Below are positions 1 through 12,663 of a DNA stretch of 64,000 bases, piece by piece. The stretch is taken from contig OZ024740.1 of assembly GCA_964016885.1 (NCBI GenBank), forward strand, positions 328,662,001-328,726,000. The letters run 5' to 3'. Each line of letters begins with the position of its first letter. Within the stretch, counting starts at the first letter, position 1. The notes beneath the pieces were generated by a model. The model was not told the DNA's origin, ran no database searches, and worked only from the letters and a program-made list of their open reading frames with translations. This stretch comes from Eledone cirrhosa (Eukaryota). A program made the translations under genes and the position numbers.

Positions 1-3000
1 CATAAAACCCCCCACACTTACAACCCCCTTAACATCCCCACACAACAAACCCACAACCATCATTACTTCCAACATAGAACCAAAAATACACAACTACCAC
101 ACATGTCACACAGGGCCTCACAACCACACACCAGCTATAAGGAAACCCTATTCTACCCTCCCTCCACTTACCACACCCTGCTACAACAACACCAGCAGGG
201 GACAATACAACCACTACAACCACCATAGCTACACACCATATAACAGCAACAACAGGACTCAATATGAACACACAAGACAACCCTACTACAACTACCATCA
301 AGTCTACACACCCTACAACAACAGCAGTGCTCAACACAACCACACGTTACAACCCAACTTCAACAACCACCACAACTTCACACCCTATAACCACGTCCAT
401 CAAATCTACACACCCTACAACAACATCAGCAGGGCTCAATACAACCACACGATACAACCTAAACTCAACAACCACCACAGCTACACACCATCTTACAACA
501 ACAGCAGGAGCCAATACAACTATAAGAGACATCCAAACTTTAACAGCCATCACAACTTCCGTAATCATTTTTTAGACACAGCACACAGACACAGGATTAC
601 AAGATAACACAAAACACACAGGAGACACAAAATGCAATAAAAATTGTCAATTTAACCTCCAAAGAATTAACAACAGACCAAATCAACATACTCTCCAAAG
701 GTCTAAAATTTACACCAACTCCCCAACAACCAAACTACCCCGAAATGAAGGAAGATATTGCAGAATTCTGTAGAAAACTAAGACTCAGCGAACAACTATA
801 CAACAAATACAATGAGGATGACTCAATAGCCAGAAATAGAAGCAACTACACCCCACCAAAAGGCAAGAATAAATTCCTCGATCAATTCTGCGAACACATT
901 ACTAATTACCCATACCACCACCTACACAGACATAAACAAAAACCAAACCTAAGCCAAAAAGAATGGAATGTTCTTAGTCTAAAAAGCGACAAAACCCTAA
1001 CAATCAAAGAGGCAGATAAAGGGAGTGCAGTAGTCCTTATGGAGACAGATTATTACACAACTCTAGTACTCTCAACTCTAGAAAACCAAACATATTATGA
1101 AAAGGCCCAACACTACACACAACAGAAAATAATGAGAACCTAAAATCCCTAACAACCCGTTACAAAGAAGGCCTTACAGACAAGGAATACAACTACATCA
1201 CCAATTTCAAAAGCAGAACCAGCCTCTTCTACGGTATCCCCAAGACACACAAAAGCGAAGTAATAGGCAGGGCCTGCAAGCAAGCCACAGACGTTTACAT
1301 CAATATAGCCCCTCCTGATGACCTTACATTAAGACCCATAATAGCAGGCACCACATGTGAAACCCACCGCCTAAGCAACTTCCTAGATATTCTGCTTAAA
1401 CCTTTCCTAAAACATATAAAAAGCATCATAAGGGACGACCTTGACATGCTCAACCATCTCCCAACAACACTCAATAACGAACATACCCTACTAGTAACCT
1501 TTGATGTCATCAATTTATATTCCAATATCCCACACAACCTAGGTATAGAGGCAATACAATTCTGGATGGAAAATTTCCCTAGTGAACTTCCACAGCGCAT
1601 CCCTAAAGAATTTGTGTTGGAGGGACTCAAATTCATCTTGGAAAACAATTTCTTCGAATTCAATGCCAAATACTACAGACAGAAATCTGGGACTGCCATG
1701 GGCACGAAAGTGGCCTCCTCATACGCTAACCTTGTCATGGGATATTTGGAAACCATTCTCTATCGAAAAGTTCTAGACAAATACGGCAACCACTTCTACC
1801 AACACAGAAAAAGACTGGAAGAGATATCTGGACGACTGCTTCATCCTCTGGCATGAAAGTATAGATAGACTGTTTGAGTTCAAAACCCTTCTGAATGAGC
1901 TCAACACTAACTTACAATTCACAATGGATTACAGCCATGAACAACTCCCTTTCCTCGACATCCTCATCAAGAAAACAATAAACAAAATAGAAACAGACAT
2001 ATACTACAAACCCACAGACTCCAAACAATACCTTCCATTCAACTCGTGCCACCCTAGACACACCAAAATGGCAATTCCTTATGACCTAGCCAGAAGGATC
2101 TGCACAATAGTTTCAGATAAATACACATGCTACACACGACTAGAAGAATTAAAAAACACACTTATTTAGCAGAAACTACCCACCATCCTTAATCACCAAT
2201 GGATTCCAACGTGCCCTAAAACTAGACATCCAGGAACTCAGACACCCCAAACCCAGGAGTGAACTGCAACAAAAAACTCTACCATACATCTCCACACACA
2301 ACCTCTTCAACAATGAGGCATTCGACACCATCCTCCAGAACATTCCTTTACTAAAAAGAGACCCAAGAATGAACAATATCCTCCACAGCATCATAAAGAG
2401 CAAAAGACAACCCAAATCCATAAAAAACATCCTCACACAAGCCAAAATCCAACAAACCCTCACAATAAACCTTACAGTAACAAAATGCGGAAGGCCCAAC
2501 TGTGGCATATGCATAAATCTAATAGAAGGTTCAACATTCCATTTTAAACAAGGACAACATTTCACAGTTAAACACAACTTTACATGTGCATCTGAAAACC
2601 TTATCTATGTTTTGACCTGCTCAGGTTATCAAGAGCACTACATAGGACAGACAAAAAAACAGCCTCCGTCAACGTATGACCGTCCATAAATCACAAATTA
2701 AAATACAGGAATACAGAAAGATTGCATTTAGTGAACATATCGCCAATTGTGCTCACAACCAACATCCAAACTTTAAAATTTTCCCCATTTACAAATTCAT
2801 AGACAACGCTACTTTCATCCAACGCACCAATAAGGAAACACATTTCATTAATAAAATTCAACCACTACTCAATGCCCTAAAAATCGGACCAATCTAAAAC
2901 TGCAACAAACCATCAAACATTTACAAGAGTTACCTCCCTCACACCCTACCTAATCCTTTTTCTTAAATAAATTAAATATCACCCAGCAAGAATTGCTTCC

Positions 3001-3470
3001 CCCTGCATATTAACTCTCTAAAAAGGGAAATCATATCAAACCACAGTCCACCATTTGCCTCCTTCACGGAACCATGGTTCAACTAAGCACTCTTGCGATA
3101 TTAACACATTTTGAACTGCTTAACTTCAATGACTGTGCTTGTAAATAACATTATTTTTTCTCCCACATTGACTTTTTACGTTCCACATTATGCACGTTTA
3201 TTTTCCTTTTTCTTTTTTCTTTTCACTTCTTAAACCTTGTTTGTATATAACATTATTCTTTCTGCACCTTCTGTTTAACACGTGCGACACCACACTAATA
3301 CATTTCACTATCATTTGATAATGCATATAAATGCAGAAACCGGTAATAGACAATAATTAAATATATAAACAGATAAATAAATGCCATTGTTAAATAATAA
3401 ATAAATCAACTAATACCTTAACACTTCACACAAAGTAAAACATTTCGTTTTAATCATTTTCTAACCCAAA
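1..3470 (+). mobile_element. Penelope-like retroelement (RT + GIY-YIG endonuclease), frameshifted; Neptune-like Cys linker
   Basis: Fragmented ORFs 640-2897 carry PLE motifs: IVNLTSKELT..LSKGLKFTPT, IKEADKG, FDVINLYSNIPH, GTAMGT, LPFLDI..YYKPTD..SCHP, KCGRPNCGIC, NLIYVLTC..YIGQT. A Thr/His-rich region with ~105-bp repeats lies at 1-620. The 3' end has a hammerhead and is followed by (GA)n. Confidence 0.92.
3308..3351 (+). ncRNA. Minimal type I hammerhead ribozyme (U3-A8 variant) in PLE pseudo-LTR
   Basis: TTGATAA-TGCAT(ATAA)ATGCA-GAAAC-CG-GTA: perfect 5-bp stem II and palindromic ACCGGT stem III region. Stem I is weak. Confidence 0.7.
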
Positions 3471-3549
3471 AAGAGAGAGAGAGAGAGAGACAAAAAAAAA
3501 TGAAAAAAAAACTTTTTTTTCTTCCTCATAATCGTCTCTTTCTCCCTGT

Positions 3550-3585
<36 letters not shown>

Positions 3586-3586
<1 letters not shown>

Positions 3587-3842
3587 GTTAGGTAATTCCG
3601 CAGAAAAAAGCAAAGGAAAAAAGAGTGCTCTATGTATAGAACAGAGCTATTTAATTAGAAAGTGAACAACACAATATATAACTACTCCATTACCAAAGGT
3701 TTCTGGATCCTAGACAACATTAATGTACGTCTGGATCGTTCATCAGACAGAGATGTTATCTTAATATTAATATTGTCTAGGATCCAGAAACCTTTAATAA
3801 TGGAGTAGTTATATATTGTGTTGTTCACTTTCTAATTAAATA
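3586..3842 (-). mobile_element. Foldback pLTR-like non-autonomous element with hammerhead
   Basis: Inverted arms ~3648-3724 / 3766-3842. An unpaired ~60-nt tail runs into (TA)n at 3555-3585. Confidence 0.75.
3685..3752 (-). ncRNA. Type I hammerhead ribozyme
   Basis: Minus strand reads CTCTGT-CTGATGA-acGATCCAGAC...GTCTAGGATCca-GAAAC-CTTTG-GTA-ATGGAG. Stem I (CTCTGT/ATGGAG) pairs with wobbles. Confidence 0.8.
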
Positions 3843-3844
3843 TA

Positions 3845-4667
3845 TCTAATATATATTTGTGAAATGGGTGGTGGTTGAAATTCAGATGTGCACGGTTAAA
3901 TGGTAGTAGACGTGGTTGGACGGACATGAAAATTTACACACCTATGTAAAACGTGCCAAGTAAGCAAATAGACGAGGTCTCAAATCTCTAGCTTAAAAAA
4001 TGTGGTCCCTAGGGCCTCCAAACGGTCTATTTACTATCGCGTTCGGTGAGTTATTTCCCCCTGTTCTAATACTTGGCTGAGTTATTTACAATTTCATACA
4101 CATTTTTAAACTCATCAACGTTCTTTCGCTGTTAACATAAAGTACCAATAATTTGAAAAATATTATTGAAAGTTTATTATAAAGAAGCAGTTTCAGGAAA
4201 AAGTGTAAACTATCATACAAACCTTCATAATATGCATTTTAAAACTTGCATATTATCGACATTGCTATTTCGCTGTTAATAAACTATCATCCTTCTACAT
4301 TTAACGATCATACAGTACCGTTTTATGAAATTGATTCTGCAGTACGGTTACTGTTTTCCATCAAAAGAAATAAAACCCTTAAATTGCGAAGAAGGGACGC
4401 GTGTTTTTATTTTAATTCTAATACATGTTAACCACCACTAACAGTAGGTAGTATTTTTCAAATTGCATATCATCGACATTGCTATTTCGCTGTTAATAAA
4501 CAACGCTTTTCACGTCGCTCCACTTCTCATTGTACGCCGTTCAGCCCCAAGTGCATATTTCTATTTTTTTCCTGAAACTGCTTCTTTATAATAAACTTTC
4601 AATAATATTTTTCAAATTATTAACTTAATAAAAAATGGCCCCGGGTGCAACCGAGCTCAGCTGCTAG
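3845..4667 (+). mobile_element. Putative non-autonomous Helitron
   Basis: A|TC 5' end (tctaatatatat). The 3' end is a GC-rich imperfect hairpin (ccgggtgcaaccgag) followed by CTAG|T. Internal inverted repeat ~4147-4203 / 4566-4621 and direct repeat 4246-4284 / 4463-4501. Confidence 0.5.
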
Positions 4668-5351
4668 TATATATATAATTCTCTAAATGGCTATAAAAAA
4701 ATTCCAAAATACGGGCGCGAAATTTAATGTACTTGTTCACGTGACAGTCATAATTCCATTTATAACCAATCAAATTACATTTATAAAAAAAAAAAAGCCT
4801 TTGTGAGTCACTTTTTTGAAAGTAAAAAGAAATTCAAACACAAACTGGCGCGAAAGTTGATGTGCTTATTCACGTGACTGCACCAACCAAACTTATTATT
4901 ATTATTGATATTCGAAAAACGCAGATTACATTTATTATATATATATATATATATATATAAAGGTTTACATATATATATATATATATATAAAGTCATAAAT
5001 ATATATGTGTTTTGCAACGGGTCACTTTGTGGCTCAATGAAGAATTAATAAATTAAATAATCAGAGCTATATATCATAAAACATGTCTATAGAATCGCCA
5101 GATAAAATATATACCGTTTCCTCTCCCAATTAGTATAATTAACCATATAAAAAATCAATTAGACCAAGCTATAAGAATAAAGGCTCCTATGAAGAAATCT
5201 CCGACAAATAATCGAAACCAGCCCCATCGCGGCGGTTACGACGGATTATTTATCGAATATTTCTACAGCATGTATAAATCGACCAGATATACAGTTAACT
5301 AAACAGAAATAGGTGTAAAATAAACTAGAAGAAAAGTGTACATATTTAATT

Positions 5352-5429
5352 ACCTCTACCATGGTTTCATCCGCATTTTAAGACATCCGATAACATTGGA
5401 AATCTAGAGCTTCGGATTCTTCAGGAAGT
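5352..5429 (-). ncRNA. Type I hammerhead ribozyme with long stem II insert
   Basis: Minus strand reads ACTTC-CTGAAGA-ATCCG...CGGAT-GAAAC-CATG-GTA-GAGGT. Stems I and II pair and the stem III region (ACCATGGT) is palindromic. Confidence 0.82.
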
Positions 5430-5707
5430 TAGCTCAAATTTAGACAATTAATTTTCCAAAGTGATCGCGCCAAGAATAGATTCAAAATGGCTAAGAATCG
5501 TGACATGGCAGCGGTCAAGTAAGAAAGGATGTGATTAGTTGCTTACGGCTGGTAGGCTTTTTTCTAGAAAGCGCAGCCCAATACAGCCAAAGTTGTATCT
5601 CAACCTAACGGGAGATTACTTTGGCGCGATCACTTTGGAAAATTAATTGTCTAAATTTGAGCTAACTTCCTGAAGAATCCGAAGCTCTAGATTTCCAATG
5701 TTATCGG
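5387..5707. repeat. Inverted repeat, 87-bp arms (foldback of hammerhead-bearing element)
   Basis: 5621-5707 is the reverse complement of 5387-5473. The right arm abuts a Tx1 fragment. Confidence 0.9.
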
Positions 5708-6723
5708 CTAGACCCGTGTTTCCCCTGCTCGTCTCCTTGACGGAGCTGCAGTCCTGGGTGAAGTGAAGACTGAGAGGGAGCGCTTGGAGACTGGAATGTC
5801 TTCAGGCGCTTGCAGCCCTCGACCAGTCGGGCAATGCGATAGGTGGAAACTCCACCTTGCCGTTCTATAGAGGGTTAGTGGAGGGAAAGAACGACGACGC
5901 CCTTGGGGAAACTCTGGGCGTCGACGAAAATAAACTAGCCAATCTCTTCGGGAGAACTTTCGAGCCGGGGCCATGGACAACTTCCAGAAATCCCTGGCCT
6001 GGCAGTACTACCGAGGAGCCTTGCCAGTCCGGGATAAACTCTACAGGCATAGAAGTGTAGTCAGCCAGGCCTGTCCGAAACCGCCATGAACGCCCTCGTC
6101 CAGTGTCCGAGCATTGCTGACTTGTGGGTTTATGTGGAACACCTGCTGTTGCATGTAGGACGAATCCGGCTATCAGCTGAGTCCATCGTGAGGATAGCCC
6201 TGCCGCCTTCCTTTAGCCGGAAAAGGCAGACAGTTTTTATCTGCCTGGTGGCCATGGTAAAAGAGATCGTATGGTGGACACGTCTGAAAGGGTTGAAAAC
6301 GGGTACTTTCCTCTTCAGTGACGCCCTCATTAACTCTTTCAGATTTCACCTGAAAAGGAAAATCAGGGTGGAGAGGGAAGTGCTGTCTTCCAGCCAGTTT
6401 GTTGAAAGGTGGGTGAAAGAGGCAATAATGGCCCGTGTGAATGGGCCTTCCCTGAGCGTTTGCCTGTAGCATTGTAGGAGGAAAACTGGAAGAGGGCACT
6501 TGCTCTAGCGGTCAGGATTACCGTGGCTTTTTGTGCGGGCTTTCTCCACGAGCGACCCTCGGAAGTCTCCTCCCTATTGGGGAATTTTTCATTGTTTCTT
6601 TTTTTGTTACATCCTCTGTTTTTTTTTTTACACGCAGAAATGCCCATTTGTACCGTCCTGTATTGTCCTGTACTGTCCTTAATGTCTTACTTTGTGTAAA
6701 CCCTTGTGGTTAATAAAGAAAGC
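5708..6723 (+). mobile_element. Tx1/L1-clade LINE, 3' fragment
   Basis: Degenerate copy of the ORF2 C-terminus and 3' UTR of the 10332-16345 element. Ends GTGGTTAATAAAGAAAGC then a short (ATT)n. Confidence 0.9.
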
Positions 6724-6734
6724 ATTATTATTAT

Positions 6735-9700
6735 AGACCAGAATTTTCGAAGCACGAGACTTCGCAACGATCTTTGGCGACTAAGATGTATACGCATCTC
6801 CCAGCCGTCCGGGAGCGGGGGGGGGCGGAGTTGCTGTGCTTTTTCGGAAAGGCTTGGATCTCGCCATACGGGCCATCTTCTTGGACCCAGAAGGTAAGTC
6901 GGTGGTACTGGACGTGACTGGCAGCGAAGGCAATGCTTTCAGGCTAGTAGCCGTCTACGCCCCACCAGGGGCAGGACGGCCAGATTTCTTCAGACGTCTA
7001 GAGACCTTTCTGGGAACATCCTGCTCTTTAGTGTTAGTGTGTGACTGGATCGGTATCTTAGATGCACGCTGGGATTATGTGGGGCTAGTAAATAAGGGAG
7101 GAGGATGTAAAAGCCTCACCAACCTGCTCAGACGTTTTCAACTGTCTGACAGGTATCGACTGGATTATCCGAATGTGCCAATGTGGACATGGGCAAACCG
7201 CATTGGGTCATCCAGATCGTATCTAGATAAGGTATTCTGTGGGGAAACAGATAAGGCTAACGTAGGTTGTCCACAATTTAAAGTAGTCGACTACACGGAC
7301 CACAAATTTGTGATCTGTCAAGTCCACTTAGATAGACTTCACAGGCAAGGACCCTGTTACTGGAGGGTGAATGCGTCGTTCCCGTCGCACAAAGCTTACA
7401 GAGACCGGATAAGCGAATTAGTTAAGCGTGCGTTGACGGGTGCGATCGTCAACAAGAGGTGGTGGTTTAACCTGAAAATTTCAATTAGAGTAGAATCGAT
7501 AAGGTTTAGCAAAGGAGTAGTGATAGAAGAAAATAGAGTAGAAGGAGAGCTAGTTGGAAAGCTAGAAGAGGCGTTTAGGACAGGCATCACAACCGACGTG
7601 CTTGCGGCGAGATTGACACTCGACCAATTCTTCAACGCAAAGCACGAAGGCTGCGCTGTCAGAGCCAGAACTCGTGCTCTGAGACACGAGGGGACAAAAG
7701 CTTTCCCATGGACCCGGGTGGTGGAGGCGCGACGTGTCACCAAAGCCACAATTCAATCCTTGCTTGACCAAAATGGGCGCATATTACACGAACCCCAGCA
7801 GATGTGTGAGGCTTTTCAGCAGCACTTTGCTCAACTGTTTGGGAGCGGCGGCTGGCCGGATCGGAGTATGAACTTCAGTGCATACCTCGAGGGACTGCTG
7901 CAGCTCTCGGCGACCGCAGCGGAGTATTGCGAAAAGCCGATAACAACAGATGAAATACGGGAAGCGATGTCAGACTGCACGAGAGGTAAATTGCCAGGTT
8001 TGGATGGTCTGCCGTACGAGCTTTATGCGTGCATGCCAGACTTGTTCGGCGACCTCTTGGCAGATGCCTACTGAAACTGGCAGCAGAACGGGAGCATTCA
8101 CAGTTTTATGAGCCAGGGAGCGGTGGCGCTGTTGAGAAAAGACCCGAACAAAGGGTAGGTTATAGACAACTTCAGGCCCATAACTCTGTTAAACGCAGAT
8201 TTCAAGGTTTTGGCTAAAGTATTAGCAACGAGATTGTCGCTTGGTGGGATAGGCGCAGACATGCGCCATTCCAGACAGATCCATCCACGACAACCTCCAC
8301 CTCATGCGATACATCATAGAGAGGGTGGTTAAGGAACCTGGCACGGGTGTGGCCCTGATCAACTTGGATCAATCTAAAGCATTTGATAGGTTCGACCATC
8401 AGTACCTGGCAGCGGTCTTCGAGGCGGCCGGTTTCGCCCCATTTTCAGGGGTTGGATCGCTGCGATGCACAGCGACATCTGCTCAGTAGTGAAGGTGAAC
8501 GGTCATCTATCACAGCCGTTCGGCATCATGCGCTCGGTCCGCCAGGGTTGTCCCTATTGTCGCTCTTGTACGTATTGGCCCTAGAGTCGTTACTGCACAG
8601 ATTGGAGGCGATGAGAGGCGGCCCACGCGAACTGGGATGTGGGAGATCCGTATCAGCTTACGCCAACGAAGTCACCGTGGTGGTGTCAAGCAGCGGACAT
8701 GTCCAGATGCTCGACACCACTCTGAATGAATATGAAGCAGTGACAGGAGCAAAGTTAAAACACGAAAAGTCGGTGGGCTTGCAGCTCGGCATCTGGAAAG
8801 GCAAGTCCATGCCGCCCGACAGCGTCAGAGGACGCTGGACGGAAGGACCGGTTAAATTGCTCGGGGTCTGGTTCGGTCCCGACCTCCAGATGGAGAAAAA
8901 CTGGAGCGAGGTGACAAGCAGGGTGGCCTGTCTCACCCAGAAATGGGTCGAGAGGAAGCTGTCCCTGAAAGATCGGGCTGAGGTGGCGAAAGCGTTCATC
9001 GCATCCGTCATCTGCTACCGCCTAACCGTTGTGCCTTGCCCCGGCCCAACTCTGACAAAAATGGAGCGTCTCCTCTTCTGCTTTTTATGGAAGGGACGTG
9101 TTCCCATGGTCAGACGATCCATCTGCTGTCAACACCCTTTGCGTGGAGGACTGGGCATGCCATGGCTAATGATGCGCAAACACTCGCTGAGGCTGCGACA
9201 TCTCTGGTGCTTCCTTGACGGTGAACAGGTGTGGTCACCGTTTTCTAGACGTGTTTTTCCCCAGCTCGTCTCATTAACGGAGATGCAGTCCTGGATCAGG
9301 AAAAGACCGAGGGATAACGCTTGGAAGCTGGAATGTCTCCAAGCGCTCACAGCCTTCTACCAGCTGCGCACTAGTATCGGTGTAACATCCACCTCGGCGT
9401 TCTATAGAGAACTAGTGGAGGGGAAGAGTGACGACGTTCTCGGGGAGACCCTGGGCGTCGAAGACGATCAGCTGTTCGCTCTCTTCAAGAGAACTTTCAG
9501 CCTGGGGCCTATGGACATCTCCCAGAAATCCCTGGCCAGTTCGGGATAAGCTTTACAGGCACGGAGGTGCTGTCAGTCGAGCCTGTCCGAGATGCGCACA
9601 GGGCGACGAAACCGTCCTGCACGCACTCGTTCAGTGGCCGAGGATTACTGACTTGTGGAGCTATGTCGAACAGTTGCTGTCGCGTGTAGCACGGATCCGG

Positions 9701-10300
9701 TTATCGACTGAGTCCATTGTGCAGATAGCCCCGCCATCCTCCTTTAAAGAGAAGGAAGGGCAGGAAGTTTTCATCTGTCTGGTGGCCATGGCGAAAGAGA
9801 TTGTGTGGTGGACAAGATTGAAAGGGTTGAAGACACTTTCCTCTCCGGCCAATCCCTGATTAACTTTTTCAAGTTTCACTTGAAGTGGAAAATGAGGCTG
9901 AAGAGGCAAGTGCTGTCTTGTTGAAAGGTGGGTGAAAGTGGCGAGTCTGGTCTGAGTGAATGGGCCCGCTCTGAGTATGCGCCTGTAGACTGAGGAGTGG
10001 GAAAACTGAGAAAGGGCGCTTGCCCTAGTGGTCAGGGTGGCCGTGGTCTTTTGTGTGGTTTTCGCCACGAGTTACCCTCGGAGGCTTCCCCCTTTTTGAC
10101 GCATTTTTGTTGTTTGAATTTTTTTATTTCTATTTTGTAATAACCTTTTTACACGGCCAAAATTCACTTTGTATCGTCCTGTACCGTTCTGTGCCGTCTG
10201 TAATGTTTTTCTTCCTGTTAGCCCATTTGTACCGTCCTGTATTGTCCTGTATTGCCCTTAATGTTTTACTTTGTGTCAGCCCTGTGGTTAATAAAGAAAG

Positions 10301-10301
<1 letters not shown>
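6735..10301 (+). mobile_element. Tx1/L1-clade LINE, 5'-truncated, disrupted ORF2
   Basis: ORF pieces 6836-8074, 8304-9549 and 9428-9859 match the APE, RT and zinc-finger parts of ORF2, with stops and frameshifts (YADD changed to YANE). Flanked by (ATT)n on both sides. Confidence 0.93.
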
Positions 10302-10331
<30 letters not shown>

Positions 10332-10547
10332 GAATGCCATGGTTGACGGAGGCTCGGCTCTGTAAGGTATAGTAATTTTTAACCGTTAAAACAATTGTAA
10401 ATTGTTTAAAACTTGAACCAAATTGTTGATAAAGACACCCTCCTCCTCGTGAGAGGGGTCTTTCTGTCCGTTATTTGGCCCTTCGGGGTTAAATAACCAG
10501 TTATTGGGGTTTTGTACCCAAAATTTCATTTTAAACAAAAAAACAAC

Positions 10548-12628
10548 ATGGCTACGAAAAAGAAATTTCATACGTCACTCCCACTCATTCCGTCTTCTTC
10601 TTCCTCAATCATCACTACAGCAGAGAGAAGATTGTCTCTCTCCCTCCCTTCTTTAAATGTGTCTCTCTCCCTCCCTTCTCTTTCGCAAGCGACGAAAGAA
10701 AAGAAAAGTCTCGTGCAAAGCGTGCAAGGTTTCTCCACGACGACGACGACAGCGACGAAACAGGTGTGCGGGAAATACGAAAACCCAGTTCATTCGTCTG
10801 ACGTCAGGAATAATAGCAGTAGCAGCCGTAATAACAACAGCAACAGTGACAATGAAAACAACAGTAGCAGCCGCAACAGCATCACCAACAGCATAAACAA
10901 CAACAGCATTAGCAGCAGCAACACCAACAACAACCACAGCAACAGCGGCGGAGGCAGTAGTCGTAGTACCTGCAGCAACAAAAGTACCAGCAGCTCTGAC
11001 GACAACAACAACAGCAGAGAAAAACCAATCTCATTTGCAGGTATTGCGAAAAACTTGGAAACAATCCTCATAACAAATGAGGAATTAGAGGAAGCGAAGA
11101 AGATGGTGACAAAGAACGGACACCGAGCAATCTGCAAGGCAGCGAAAAATTTTTTCGAAACCCAAGAGCACTGTACGGTCACGTACCGTACAGTAAGTAC
11201 AAAATCACGTAGGGTGGAAAGAGCCACAGAGGCCCAAATACAAAAAGCCTTGGGGTCTGTGTGGCAGAGGAAAACGCACATCACCCGAGGCAAAAAATAC
11301 GCCACCGTAGACGTACTTTTTGCCACACCCCAGGAGGCAAAGGCCCAATCAGTAGTGACCCTAAGGAGCGAGGAAATGGTGTTGGTGCCTCCTACTGCGG
11401 GCAAAAAATTGTGAGGGTCAAACTGACCCACGTCCCCCCCGGAATGACCCCTTCTTGGCTGGCCGCGTCTGTCCTCGTCGGAATCGAGGACAAAACAACT
11501 GTACTGCAAGTACAGAAAAAAGTAAGAGAAGATTGGGTCGGCTCCTCCATTGAGATGCTAATCCAAACCAACCAGGAGTGCATCGAAGCTATCCCGGATG
11601 TGATAGACTTCGATAACGGCACTCAACTGCCCATAAGTGTTGAGGGCAAACGCCCGAAATGCTTTCGCTGTGGATCGAAGACTCACCTCAGGGCCTTCTG
11701 CAACGAGAAGACCCTGAGAAAGGAGAAAACCCCCCTCCTTCCGAATCCGGCTCCACGGCTACCAGCAACAGGACAAGCGGCAACCAGGAACGATAGGTCC
11801 GTGGCACCCATACCCACTCCACGGAAATCAAAGACAGCAGCAGCAGTGGAAATATTAACAACAACAACAGCAATACCAAATGCAGCTGCAACAGAGACTC
11901 CAGTGCAAACATCACCAACAACAACAAGTGAAAGAGTGGAGCTGGTACCCCTCCCCGACCTTACAGAATCAGACATGGAGTGTGAGGTGGGAGAGGGATG
12001 GCAAAAGGTCGCAAGAAGGCACAAACGCAGAAGCAGCGCATCGTCGCCTTTGAAAAGGGAGGAAAGAAATGAGAAAAGGGTAAAGTCTACTGCAAAGAGA
12101 CCCACAGCAGCAACACCACCAACACCATCACCACCCACACCAGCACCACCATCACCACCGGCGACAACCCCACCGCCAACAACACCTTCAACACCACCAC
12201 CACAAGCACCAACATCGCAAACACAACAACAAAACACACACACCCAGCAACAACGACAAGAAAATAGCAGAACCACACCCCACCCCCAGAAAAACAAATG
12301 CACGGCAATAAACACACACAACAAGAAACTAATGACTTACATAATTGAACACACAGACATTTCACAACAGGCCTACATAATACCAGCACCAATCAAAACG
12401 CCAACTAACATAAGACTGCTAAAAATAGCACAGAAACAATACACAAACATTAAAACGAAATTCCCCAACGCAGTTGGTGATTTCAGGGACCTAGGAGGAA
12501 CCATTAATCGAAGAGTATATTCAGACATTCTCTTAGAAGAGCCGACGACCAGCAGAAGGGACGATTCACCAGACGATCAAGTGAAAAGGGATGTAAAAAC
12601 CATCCCTCCTCTACCAAAAGTACGGTAA
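10548..12628 (+). pseudogene. ORF1 gag-like protein with CCHC zinc knuckle (1-nt frameshift at ~11390)
   Basis: MATKKKF... with a Ser/Asn-rich N-terminus, CFRCGSKTHLRAFC knuckle and Pro/Thr-rich tail. Copy B reads through the ~11390 site (gtgccctcc vs gtgcctcc). Confidence 0.88.
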
Positions 12629-12663
12629 GTGGTCTTTCCCATCTTTTCCACTCTATTTTAAAC

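Noticed and set aside
1-620. Mucin-like host exon
   Set aside because: The Thr-rich, A/C-skewed sequence runs directly into the PLE N-terminal motif. It is more simply part of the element.
10431-10470. HDV-like ribozyme suggested by CCTCCTCGTG in the Tx1 5' UTR
   Set aside because: The segment folds better as a simple hairpin. P1, P1.1, P2 and P4 could not be assigned by eye.
11261-11414. Programmed frameshift in Tx1 ORF1
   Set aside because: Copy B is in frame at this site, so it is a 1-nt deletion in copy A.
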